Source: Candidatus Latescibacterota bacterium
Lineage (GTDB): Bacteria; Latescibacterota; CBDEFO01
Assembly: GCA_965237525.1 (NCBI GenBank)
Contig: CBDEFO010000003.1
Coordinates: forward strand, 192,001-256,000
DNA length: 64,000 nucleotides
Direction of reading: 5' to 3'
This document shows positions 51,401 through 60,447 of this stretch, piece after piece (position 1 is the first letter of the stretch; the number at the start of each line of letters is the position of its first letter). Position numbers and translations under genes: made by a program. The notes under the pieces were generated by a model. The model was not told where the DNA came from and searched no databases. It saw only the letters and a list, made by a program, of their open reading frames with translations.

Positions 51401-52934
51401 CATAGCTGAGAACGGCAGAAGGAGTTTGGAGTACGTTCACTCATTTACGGTCGGAAACGCCCCTCCGGTTGCCGTGGACGATACCGTAACCACGCCTGAG
51501 GACACGTCGATTGTAATCGCTGTGCTTTCCAACGATTTTGACGTGGCCGGAGACACGCTCAAAGTCCACTCGGTCGACACGACCGGCACTGAAGGAAGGG
51601 TCGTCGTCGATCCCGGCGATACTACGGTAGCCTATACGCCCAAGGCCGACTTCAACGGTATAGACACGTTCGAGTACGTGCTAACAGATGGCGCACTGAC
51701 TGACACAGCCACGGTCACGGTGACAGTGGAACCGGTGAACGACGCGCCGGGGGACTTTCTCCGGCTCTTGCCCGCAGACAGTAGCCTCGTCCAGCTCGAT
51801 TCTGTCCTTTTCCTCTGGACAGCAGCGTCCGATGCGGACAGGGATACGGTGGAATATACGATAAATATCTCCTTCGCTCAGATCGATACGAGCTTTGTCG
51901 TGGAAGACACGATGTTAGCGGTCTATTTCCGAACGTTTGAGCTGCCCAAGGCCCAGCTTCCTGTGACGTGGTTGGTAGTCGCCTCAGATGGCATCGTGAC
52001 CTCCGGTCCGACCAATGGAAACGGGAACTTTACTTTGAACACGCCACTCCTGTTCGGCGATGTATCGGGCAACGGGGAGATCACCTCCTTCGATGCGGTG
52101 CTGATCTTGCAGCATACGGTGGGGCTGATCACACTGACGGATCCCTTTGCCCGCGTTGCAGATGTCTCCGACAACGGCAGGATCAGTGCCTTTGACGCCG
52201 CTTTGGTGCTGCGCTTTGTCGTGTCGGCTATCCCGTGCCTCCCGGCTGACCCAGACTGTGGAGTATTAGCTAAGGGGAAAGCCGTTGCAGGCACACTTGC
52301 CTGGTCAGAGACTCGGTCAGGAGATGTGCCCGGACACGTCGATCTGCCGATCGTGTGGGACAGTGAGATGGGAGATGTGATCTCCGCACAGTTCACCGTG
52401 CAGATCGACACGAGTTTTGCAAAGGTAGTAGATGTGGTTTCGAACCTTCCGGAGGACTGGCATATGGTGCATAGTTTCTCCCACGGTGAGCTAAAAGTGG
52501 CGATGGCTGGTCTCACACGTATATCTGACGCACGCTTAGCTACGCTCCGGTTGCTGATGAGCGAACGGGAGGCAGAGGTGACGATTCGCGGTGTAGGGTC
52601 AGTGAACGAGGAGTTGGAGCAGGAGTTGGGAGCTGCAAGGGTCCGGTATGTCCCGAAGGAGTACGCGCTGGAGCAAAACTATCCCAATCCATTCAATCCC
52701 CAGACTGTGATCCGTTACGACCTTCCTGTTGGAAGTCACGTTACCTTATCTGTCTTTAACATAGTGGGACAGAAAGTTGCCACACTGGTGAATGAGGAGA
52801 TGGATGGAGGCAGTTACTCTATCGTCTGGGACGGTAAAGATCATAGTGGAAGGAGCCTTGGCAGCGGAGTCTATCTGTATCGGTTAGAGACAGATGGGTT
52901 TGTTCAGATAAAAAAGCTGGTGTTGATGAGATAG
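48450..52934 (+). CDS. Large secreted repeat protein (12 EYYIDTDPG repeats + Ig/cadherin-like + dockerin + cohesin-like + FlgD-type CTD) with an in-frame TGA at 49596-49598
   Basis: The two ORFs are in the same frame; 225/228-bp tandem units; TGA replaces the TGG found in every other repeat. Confidence 0.85.
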
Positions 52935-53112
52935 GATCCGTTCAAAAGAGATAATATCTTGTAGCTAAGGTAGACTATCCTCGGAGATAGGAGGCGATGC
53001 AAAAATATCTTGATTTTCGGATCAGTTTGGGGTATATTGTTACCTAAATGAGATCGTCACCTGATAGATAATCGTGTTTTTTTAATTTGCATCATAGTCA
53101 AGGAGATAGATT

Positions 53113-54939
53113 ATGTACGGATGGACAGGAAAGATTCTGCGCGTTGACCTTACGCGCGGCACGTGGCAGGTTGAGGATGTGCCGAAAGCGTGGATGCGCG
53201 ATTTTGTCGGCGGACGCGGGCTGGCGGCCAAGTACCTATACGAGGAGATGGACCCTATGGTGGACGCTTTAAGTCCCGAGAATAAATTGATTCTGGCTAC
53301 GGGTCCCCTTACTGGCACGCCCGTCTCCTGCGGTGCGCGCTATATGGTCGTGACCAAGGGGCCTTTGACAGGGGCTATTACCACATCCAACTCCGGCGGA
53401 CACTGGGGACCGGAGCTCAAGTTCGCAGGTTACGATATGGTCATCGTAGAGGGGAAGGCACAAAAGCCGTCCTACATCTTCATCTACGACGACCGCGTGG
53501 AAATACGCGATGCCAAGAACGTATGGGGCAAGACGGTCTCTGAGACTGAAGACCTTATCCGTGCGGAATTGGGCGTTCCGGGCACGCGTGTGACGGGCAT
53601 AGGCCCTGCAGGAGAAAATCTCGTTCGGTTCGCCTGCATTATCAACGACAAGCACCGTGCGGCGGGGCGCTCCGGTGTGGGCGCCGCTATGGGTTCCAAG
53701 AACCTGAAGGCTATCGCCGTGCGGGGCACAAAAGCTGTCAGGGTCGCGCGCCCTGAGGATTTTATGCGCTCTATGTGGGACTTTGCCCAAAAGCTTGCCA
53801 AAAGCCAGGAGCGAGCAGGCCTGACAGAATTAGGCACACCTCCGACTATCGATCTTGTCAACGCCTTCGGCGGCCTTCCGACGCGCAACTTTCAGGAGGG
53901 ACAGTTCGAGCAGGCGGACAACCTCAATGGCAACAGCATCAAAGACCAGCGGCTTGTAACAAATAAAGCCTGTTTTGCGTGCAATATCGCCTGCGGGCGA
54001 GTGACGCAGTTGGGGGACGGATCGGGCAAGTTCCTGGTCAACACTCACCCGCGCAACTGGGACGTAGCCGGCGAAGGCCCCGAATACGAGACGGTCTGGG
54101 CGCTCGGCGCAGATACGGGTGTGGGTGACCTGGACGCGGTGATCAAGGCTAACTTCCTTTGCAATGATCTGGGTATGGACCCCATCTCGATGGGTGCGAC
54201 ACTTGCCGCTGCGATGGAACTCTACGAGAAGGGCTTCATCAATGACTCGATGGTTGAAATTCCCCTGGAGTTCGGAAGCGGCGACGCCCTGGTGCGTATG
54301 ACAGAGGCGACGGGCTACCGAGAAGGCTTCGGAGACGAACTTGCCCAGGGTAGCAAACTCATGACGGAAAAATTCGAGCATCCCGAATTCTTTATGGGCG
54401 TCAAGGGCCAGGAATTTCCGGCTTATGACCCGCGGGGTTTCCAGGGCATGGGAGTCGCCTATGCCACCTGCAACCGCGGCGCATGCCACATTCGAGCCTG
54501 GACGCCCGCTGTAGAGGCGTTAGGGGATATGGACCCGCATACGACCGAGGGCAAATCCAAATGGGTAGTAGACGAGCAAGATAGGACGACGGTGCACGAT
54601 GCGACGGGTATCTGCCTGTTCATCACAGCGGGCTCTTCGCTTGAGGACCTCCTGCCCTGCCTTATAGGAGCTACAGGTATCGATTACACCTGGGACGACT
54701 TCGTCAAAGCCGGTGAGCGCATCTGGAACATCGAGCGCCTTTGGAACCTCAAAGCGGGGCTGACTTCCAAGGACGATACCCTGCCCAAGCGTCTGATGAC
54801 CGAGGCGCACAAATCGGGACCGTCGGAGGGCGTCACCGTCAAGTTAGACCAGATGTTGCCCGAGTACTACGAAGAGCGAGGCTGGACGCCCGACGGAGAG
54901 CCGAGGGAGGAGAAACTTGTGGAGCTGGGACTGATGTAA
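53113..54939 (+). CDS. aor: Aldehyde:ferredoxin oxidoreductase (tungsten AOR family)
   Basis: GKILRVDL, RAAGRSGVGAAMGSKNLKAI, CFACNIAC, GPEYE, RGACH, DATGIC. Confidence 0.93.
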   Translation: MYGWTGKILRVDLTRGTWQVEDVPKAWMRDFVGGRGLAAKYLYEEMDPMVDALSPENKLILATGPLTGTPVSCGARYMVVTKGPLTGAITTSNSGGHWGPELKFAGYDMVIVEGKAQKPSYIFIYDDRVEIRDAKNVWGKTVSETEDLIRAELGVPGTRVTGIGPAGENLVRFACIINDKHRAAGRSGVGAAMGSKNLKAIAVRGTKAVRVARPEDFMRSMWDFAQKLAKSQERAGLTELGTPPTIDLVNAFGGLPTRNFQEGQFEQADNLNGNSIKDQRLVTNKACFACNIACGRVTQLGDGSGKFLVNTHPRNWDVAGEGPEYETVWALGADTGVGDLDAVIKANFLCNDLGMDPISMGATLAAAMELYEKGFINDSMVEIPLEFGSGDALVRMTEATGYREGFGDELAQGSKLMTEKFEHPEFFMGVKGQEFPAYDPRGFQGMGVAYATCNRGACHIRAWTPAVEALGDMDPHTTEGKSKWVVDEQDRTTVHDATGICLFITAGSSLEDLLPCLIGATGIDYTWDDFVKAGERIWNIERLWNLKAGLTSKDDTLPKRLMTEAHKSGPSEGVTVKLDQMLPEYYEERGWTPDGEPREEKLVELGLM

Positions 54940-54984
54940 GAACGAACAGAAAAGTTGCGGCGTTCTGCCTCAGTATACTGTAGC

Positions 54985-56286
54985 GGTTATTTATCAAATG
55001 AAATCGGTGCACTTCTCTTTCGATCTTTGATTGATCTTGAATGATAGGTTTTCGACAATCTTTGGTTTCTGTTCTTTTTCAAAATGGATGTATAATTGTT
55101 CTTCTTTTAGGTTCCATTCAGCCAGGACAAAGTAGTTGGTGTAAGAGGAGGGAAGAGATACTTTCTCATTTAGGACATCGATAAAGGCTTTATCTGTCTG
55201 TTCTGTGTCCTGTTTGACTTGTCTGATAAAATAGGTCTTGGGAATGAAATCTTTCTCGTTTGACTTCTCTTGCTTAGGTGGACGGTAGCCGGTGTATCTC
55301 TGTGATGAAAGATTAAACCATTCTAACTTCTGATCAACTTCTTGTAAGCTTTTGAACTGAATTCTGTTCCAGAACTTCCTTGAAAATACAGAATTGTTGC
55401 CTTCTATAGATGCTTGAGAAAAGGGCCTTCTGGGAACGGCAAATATCGGAATCACTTGATTTTTCAAGAGAAACTGCATTGCTTTGCTGACATTCCTTTT
55501 ACCTGAAACACTGCCAATAGTCGCCGAGCAATTGTCCACCTTAACGAAATCTGGTTTTTCAAACCTGTCAAAGAAAGACTGACACTTCTCGATAAAGTTA
55601 GTTGCTGTTTGACCGTCAACCCGCCGAAAATACCTTAACTTAGGCTCTTTCTTAAAGGAAAATCCAACGAAGTTGACCGGCTCAGTTCTGCCGGTAAGAT
55701 ACTTTTTACCAATAAAGTCTGATTCTAGGACTCTGCCTCCTGAAAGATAGTAAATGGTATACTCTGGATAACAAAGATAACGAGATGCACCCTTGTTTTT
55801 ACCTTTCTTCCTTCTCTGGGAAAGTCCTAAATCTGAAAGCATTCTGCCGATAGTCGGCAACGACGGAGGAGGGGTGCTAGAATATCGATTCCTCCATTCT
55901 TGTTCAATAACAGTGGCTCCTGAATAGAACTGATAAGGATCGTCCTCTAAGCTATGGTAAATCTCTTTGATTCTCTGTTCGTCAACTTTAGCCAATTTTC
56001 GCCTTTTTCCTTTTGGCCAACCCCGATTATCCATGGCAAAATCCTGATCCAGAGATTTAGTCCAAGCCGTAACGAAATCATTGGAAACTCTCGCTTGTTT
56101 GATAACTTCTCGCTTTGACATTTCTTTCTTAAAATACATCTCGTTGACTTCTTGTCTTAATACGGCCAATCTCTCTTTGTCCATAGGACTCCGTAGATTA
56201 AAGTTAAGACAATCAACTCAACTTAATCTACTAATACTCTAAACAAAGATCAAATTAGGTGCACCGATTTCATTTGATATTCAACC
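54985..56286 (-). mobile_element. Insertion sequence, 1302 bp, copy 2
   Basis: Same TIRs, length and protein as 243-1544; flanks TGTAGC / GGTAGC. Confidence 0.95.
54994..56184 (-). CDS. Transposase identical to 252-1442
   Basis: Identical 396-aa translation. Confidence 0.88.
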   Translation of the reverse strand: MDKERLAVLRQEVNEMYFKKEMSKREVIKQARVSNDFVTAWTKSLDQDFAMDNRGWPKGKRRKLAKVDEQRIKEIYHSLEDDPYQFYSGATVIEQEWRNRYSSTPPPSLPTIGRMLSDLGLSQRRKKGKNKGASRYLCYPEYTIYYLSGGRVLESDFIGKKYLTGRTEPVNFVGFSFKKEPKLRYFRRVDGQTATNFIEKCQSFFDRFEKPDFVKVDNCSATIGSVSGKRNVSKAMQFLLKNQVIPIFAVPRRPFSQASIEGNNSVFSRKFWNRIQFKSLQEVDQKLEWFNLSSQRYTGYRPPKQEKSNEKDFIPKTYFIRQVKQDTEQTDKAFIDVLNEKVSLPSSYTNYFVLAEWNLKEEQLYIHFEKEQKPKIVENLSFKINQRSKEKCTDFI

Positions 56287-56461
56287 GGTAGCCACTGGGC
56301 GACTGTCAAAGAGATGGTCGCCCTTTTTCCTATGCTCAACCATTATCCTCGCACTACAGAGTCGTTGCAGTTTGATACATACTTGCCAAGGAGGCTTGAA
56401 ATGCGAGGGACAATTTTACACATTTCCCTGGCGCTGTTGTCCCCGATTGAATCTATCAGGG

Positions 56462-56775
56462 ATCAACCTCCTGCTCCTTCGGATCCTTGCGACCACGCCG
56501 AGACTTCAGGCTCTCCTGGCCTCCTTCTAAGAAACTATCACGCCAAGCATACGCCTGCTACTGGCTGATTCCATTCTTCCGACATACTTCCGATACATCC
56601 ACTCCTTTCAAAAGAGTCAGCACCACCTCTGCCTTTCGGGTCACCGTCCAGCGCTTACTATCTTTCACTTCGGGGCTTGACACTTTGACCTCCTTTCCCC
56701 GATAGTATCACTCGGGGACAAGCCTCAAACCCCAATTTGCAAAATATTTGTCGCTCTGTCAAGGGGAGCGGTATG
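56462..56775 (-). pseudogene. IS3-family OrfA remnant with a probable left end
   Basis: SD AGGAGG, GTG 56683: MSSPEVKDSKRWTVTRKAEVVLTLLKGVDVSEVCRKNGISQ*QAYAWRDSFLEGGQESLK; TIR-like TACCGCTCCCCTTGACAG near 56757-56774. Confidence 0.7.
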
Positions 56776-57339
56776 CCGCAGCGTCTTCTACTGTAAGAAG
56801 ATACGATGCCGATGGCAGCAAAAAGACGACTTTCGGCAGAGTTTCGGCACCTTCGCCAAAAACAAGAGGATCAAAATGAAGTCCCACTTCGCGATCGAAG
56901 TAAAGAGCGTCCTCATTCATGCCCCTAACTTTTGCTTCGGTACATCCATGAGCAAATTGGAAGTATTGTTTAACTTCCTCAGTTCCTGGCATGTATCAGA
57001 AAGTTTTCCTGGGCTGATGTGAAAAACTTACTACAAAAGTTATGATCCAGCGGAGGAAGACACTCTTTGTTAATGTTGAAAGACCGGTTAAGTTCTCTGG
57101 GTGGGACATATGGAAAGGATTTAATCTTGTTAGAAACAGAAGACTTTTCCTTGTTATCTGCTCAAGGATTTAGTATATTAGTACGTATCACCTATGAGCA
57201 AGGTAGAAATATCTGGAGGAGGATTTACGTGAAAAAGTTTGTGGTATTCCCTCTTAGTGGACATGGAACCCTGCCGGCCTCATTTACTATTCATGAAGAG
57301 CAGTTAATTCTACTTGCTGAAGAAGAAAAGAAAACAGTC

Positions 57340-57504
57340 GAATCCGTTGATCTTCCTACAGTTCAGAAACTTATGGGACACAAGACCATCGAGATGACAT
57401 TACACTATGCCCATCTTACCCCAGATCATCTAAAAGATTCTATCAATAAACTGAATCTTGGTGGACACTATTTGGACACCGAGCAAAAACTGGAGGGCAG
57501 GTAG
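57340..57504 (+). pseudogene. Tyrosine integrase C-terminal remnant
   Basis: VDLPTVQKLMGHKTIEMTLHYAHL (box II His and catalytic Tyr); upstream catalytic residues missing; GGACAC direct repeats at 57463-57479. Confidence 0.8.
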
Positions 57505-57550
57505 AAACAGGATACTATTGCGTATGCTGTTGATAAACCATAACATACAT

Positions 57551-58648
57551 ATGAATGATCTAAAATCGTGGCTGACCCTATTTAACATTAAGGGTGTGGG
57601 ACCGAACCGCTTTCGGGCTCTTGTAGGGAAGTTCGGATCTCCCGCGGCGGCTCTTGAGGCGAGCACTTCTGATCTGATGTCCGTGCCTACTATAGACGAA
57701 AAGATATCAGCCGCTATAAAGGGATACGAAAACGAGGTGGAGATAGAAAGACAGATGGCGGCCATAGAAAAAAAGGGAGTTCGTCCTATCACGTGTTTCG
57801 ATACAGATTATCCCGAGTTGCTGAAGAACATATACGATCCTCCGCCTATGCTGTTTGTGAAGGGAACTATAAAGGAGGAGGATTCCTCGGCAGTGGCTGT
57901 GGTGGGTACGCGCAACCCTAAGCGCTACGGGAAGATGATGGCTGAAAAGCTGTCCAGGGACCTAGCTGATGGGGGAATTACCGTAGTAAGCGGGCTTGCA
58001 CGGGGAATAGACTCACTAGCGCATAAGGGCGCGCTGTCAAGAGGAGGACGGACAATAGGCGTGTTGGGCTGCGGCGTTGACGTGGTCTATCCCCCTGAAC
58101 ATAAGAAACTCTTTGAGGCCGTTATCGCTAATGGTGCCCTCATCTCCGAGTTTCCGATGGGGACAAGACCGGAAGCACCGAACTTCCCCCGCAGAAACAG
58201 AGTCATAAGCGGCATGAGTTTAGGTGTTGTGATAGTTCAGGCGCCGGCCAAAAGTGGCGCTCTTTTGACGGCTCGATACGCTCTGGATCAAAACAGGGAG
58301 GTATTTTCCGTACCAGGGAACGTGGACGATATGCAGAGCCGCGGGACAAATGGCCTCATCAAACAGGGGGCAAAGTTAGTAGAAGACGTAGAGGATATAC
58401 TTGTGGAGATAAAGAGCTCCCTAAGGATACCGATAGAGCCGAAGCCGCCTGTGCCTGATGACGTTGAGGAATTGGAACCTAATGAAAGGTCGGTGCTCCA
58501 GGCTCTGACGGACGAGCCAAAGCATATAGACGCCATATGCAATCAGACGAGCTTAGAACCGTCTATTACCTTGGCTGCACTCTTATCATTAGAACTTTCG
58601 GGACTGGTAAGACAGCTTTCGGGGAAGATGTTTTTAAGACAAGTATAG
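57551..58648 (+). CDS. dprA: DNA-processing protein DprA
   Basis: YPELLKNIYDPP, VVGTR, VSGLARGID, FPRRNRVISG, SGALLTA; C-terminal wHTH. Confidence 0.96.
   Translation: MNDLKSWLTLFNIKGVGPNRFRALVGKFGSPAAALEASTSDLMSVPTIDEKISAAIKGYENEVEIERQMAAIEKKGVRPITCFDTDYPELLKNIYDPPPMLFVKGTIKEEDSSAVAVVGTRNPKRYGKMMAEKLSRDLADGGITVVSGLARGIDSLAHKGALSRGGRTIGVLGCGVDVVYPPEHKKLFEAVIANGALISEFPMGTRPEAPNFPRRNRVISGMSLGVVIVQAPAKSGALLTARYALDQNREVFSVPGNVDDMQSRGTNGLIKQGAKLVEDVEDILVEIKSSLRIPIEPKPPVPDDVEELEPNERSVLQALTDEPKHIDAICNQTSLEPSITLAALLSLELSGLVRQLSGKMFLRQV
57557..57598 (+). repeat. attR-like 42-bp direct repeat inside dprA
   Basis: 41/42 identical to 44391-44432. Confidence 0.9.
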
Positions 58649-58665
58649 AAAGGAGAGCATAGGGG

Positions 58666-58776
58666 ATGGCTAAGACGCCGAGGAAATTGAGGATAAAAAA
58701 GAGAGCAAAGCAAAACGCCGCCGACAGGAGGGCTACAAGAAAGGCAAGCAGAAAAAAGGTCAAAAGACAGTTGTGA
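58666..58776 (+). CDS. Small highly basic protein, 36 aa
   Basis: MAKTPRKLRIKKRAKQNAADRRATRKASRKKVKRQL; purine-rich SD-like sequence upstream; 17 bp after dprA. Confidence 0.55.
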   Translation: MAKTPRKLRIKKRAKQNAADRRATRKASRKKVKRQL

Positions 58777-58823
58777 TTCCAAAGCCCTGCCGAAGTTGGC
58801 AACGCTCTCCGTTCTCTTCGGGC

Positions 58824-59357
58824 TTATTTCCACTTTATAGTGCAGCCAACAGCCTCCGTCTCAGTTACCGCAACTTCTGCTCCTGAAAGCACAGCGTCGA
58901 TGGCGTTTCTGAGATCCGGGGATTTGACGTTGTCGGGGTCCTCCCAGTTGTCGTCAATTCTGCCGTGATAGCGCAGTGTGCGTTGGGAATCGAACAGGAA
59001 CATCTCAGGAGTCCTCTCAGCTCCGTAGGCGGAGGCGGCACTCTGAGCTTCGTCTCTCAAATATGGAAAGTTGAAGCCCCTTTCCTCTGCCCGTATAACC
59101 ATATTGTCGAAGCCGTCTTCCGGGTGGTTCATATGCTCGTTGGGGTTGATAGCTACCAGAGCCACACCCTTGTCCTGGTAGTCTTTTTGTATGGCAATAA
59201 TTCTCTCTTCGTATGCCTGCGCATAGGGACAGTGGTTGCAAGTGAATGCCACGATTAACACTTCTTCATCCTTGAAATCGTCCATACTGTGATTCACCCC
59301 GTCCACGCCGGGAAGATCAAAAGGAGGTGCTTTGTCGCCTATCTGCAGATCTGCCAT
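58824..59357 (-). CDS. Thioredoxin family (AhpC/TSA-like) protein
   Basis: CNHCPY, FPYLRD, RTPE, YHGRIDD, GCTIKW. Confidence 0.92.
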   Translation of the reverse strand: MADLQIGDKAPPFDLPGVDGVNHSMDDFKDEEVLIVAFTCNHCPYAQAYEERIIAIQKDYQDKGVALVAINPNEHMNHPEDGFDNMVIRAEERGFNFPYLRDEAQSAASAYGAERTPEMFLFDSQRTLRYHGRIDDNWEDPDNVKSPDLRNAIDAVLSGAEVAVTETEAVGCTIKWK

Positions 59358-59439
59358 GCTATTTCCCTTCCTTTATATGATTAAGCTCCACTCGTGGCAT
59401 CACTTAGGAAGAATCAGTATTAATGCTTCCGTTGCGATC

Positions 59440-60288
59440 TTATCTTAGCAGAACCATCTTCCTTGTAGCGGTAAAGTCCCCCGCTTTCAAGATGTAGAAA
59501 TAGACTCCGCTCGCCACGCTCCTACCCTCTTCATCCAGACCGTTCCAGACTAAAGAATAGCTTCCGGCGTCCGTCTGGCCCTCCATAAGCTTCCTTACAG
59601 CCTGTCCGTTGATGTTGTAAATGACAAGCTTTGCCCTTGAGTCTTCGGGCACATCGTAAGCTATGGTGGTCTCAGGGTTGAAGGGATTTGGATAGTTCTG
59701 GGAGAGAGAATAGGAGGTCGGGATGTCCTTTGTGTCCTTGAAGCCTGAGAAGGTCCGTCTGACGACGATCTGAACTGGATCCAGGGATTCTATCAGGTCA
59801 ATGTCGTCTTTAGCGATCCCTTTGAGCTCAATTCTGGAGAGGGTGAAAGTGACTTCAGATCCTACGGGGAGTTCACCTGAAGGTATAAATGAGATTACCC
59901 CCAAGAGTCCGTCTCCAGAGGGGGTTGTACTCTGATCGGGCTTCACAATGGCGTTGGCTACGATGACCCTGTTCTCCCTTTGCGTCTTCAAAAAGATGGG
60001 TGTTGCACCTCCCCTGGAGGATAGTATGTTGCGCTTCCCTTCACAAGATGCCAGCGTGGAAGGCTCGTTCCAGGAGAAAAGCTCGCTGTCATATAGGAGG
60101 TCTATGCGGTAAGCCGTCAGGTCGGTTACGCCTTCTGCATAGACAGCCACATCTACAGTCTGCTGATTGGACTGATACAGGTCGAGTCTCAGTGAGGCTG
60201 CACTGTTGGTTCCTGCCATTGTCTCTGATAGAGGCATCAGCGTGACAGTCAGAAGGATAGCTCCAATGACGATGATTCTGGATATCAT
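59440..60288 (-). CDS. Secreted cohesin-like + FlgD-type CTD protein
   Basis: Signal peptide; SGDGLLGVISF; QNYPNPFNP...TRKMVLLR; SD GGAGGAGG. Confidence 0.8.
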   Translation of the reverse strand: MISRIIVIGAILLTVTLMPLSETMAGTNSAASLRLDLYQSNQQTVDVAVYAEGVTDLTAYRIDLLYDSELFSWNEPSTLASCEGKRNILSSRGGATPIFLKTQRENRVIVANAIVKPDQSTTPSGDGLLGVISFIPSGELPVGSEVTFTLSRIELKGIAKDDIDLIESLDPVQIVVRRTFSGFKDTKDIPTSYSLSQNYPNPFNPETTIAYDVPEDSRAKLVIYNINGQAVRKLMEGQTDAGSYSLVWNGLDEEGRSVASGVYFYILKAGDFTATRKMVLLR

Positions 60289-60447
60289 GATTTCCTCCTC
60301 CATTTAGGGTTTGAGATTATGTTCGATCTTGTGATCATGTTTACTGAGTATGTTTACGATTCTTATGCGTACAATATACAATATAATCGCTCAAAAGCCA
60401 AATCTTTTTTTCATCAGAGAATATTTAGTCAATATACAACCGTAAAA

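Larger units (their letters stand above)
44391..57598. mobile_element. Genomic island (~13.2 kb) integrated in the dprA 5' end
   Basis: Flanking 42-bp direct repeats, integrase remnant next to the right repeat, heterogeneous GC, IS and pseudogene load. Confidence 0.82.

Noticed and set aside
243..56286. 56-kb composite transposon between the two identical IS copies
   Set aside because: Copy 1 has its own perfect target duplication, the outer flanks (TCTACC vs GGTAGC) differ, and the interval holds housekeeping genes.
16214..56461. The 21-bp palindrome as a CRISPR repeat or transcription-factor operator
   Set aside because: It is dispersed rather than arrayed, lies mid-gene and inside other repeats, and shows target-duplication-like flanks. 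An operator role is not fully excluded.
56759..56992. 77-aa minus-strand ORF
   Set aside because: No recognisable motif; it runs into the IS3-like end and is probably a fragment.
57067..57340. Full 145-aa integrase gene
   Set aside because: Only the last ~50 aa resemble a tyrosine recombinase; the N-terminal part lacks the Arg and HxxR motifs.
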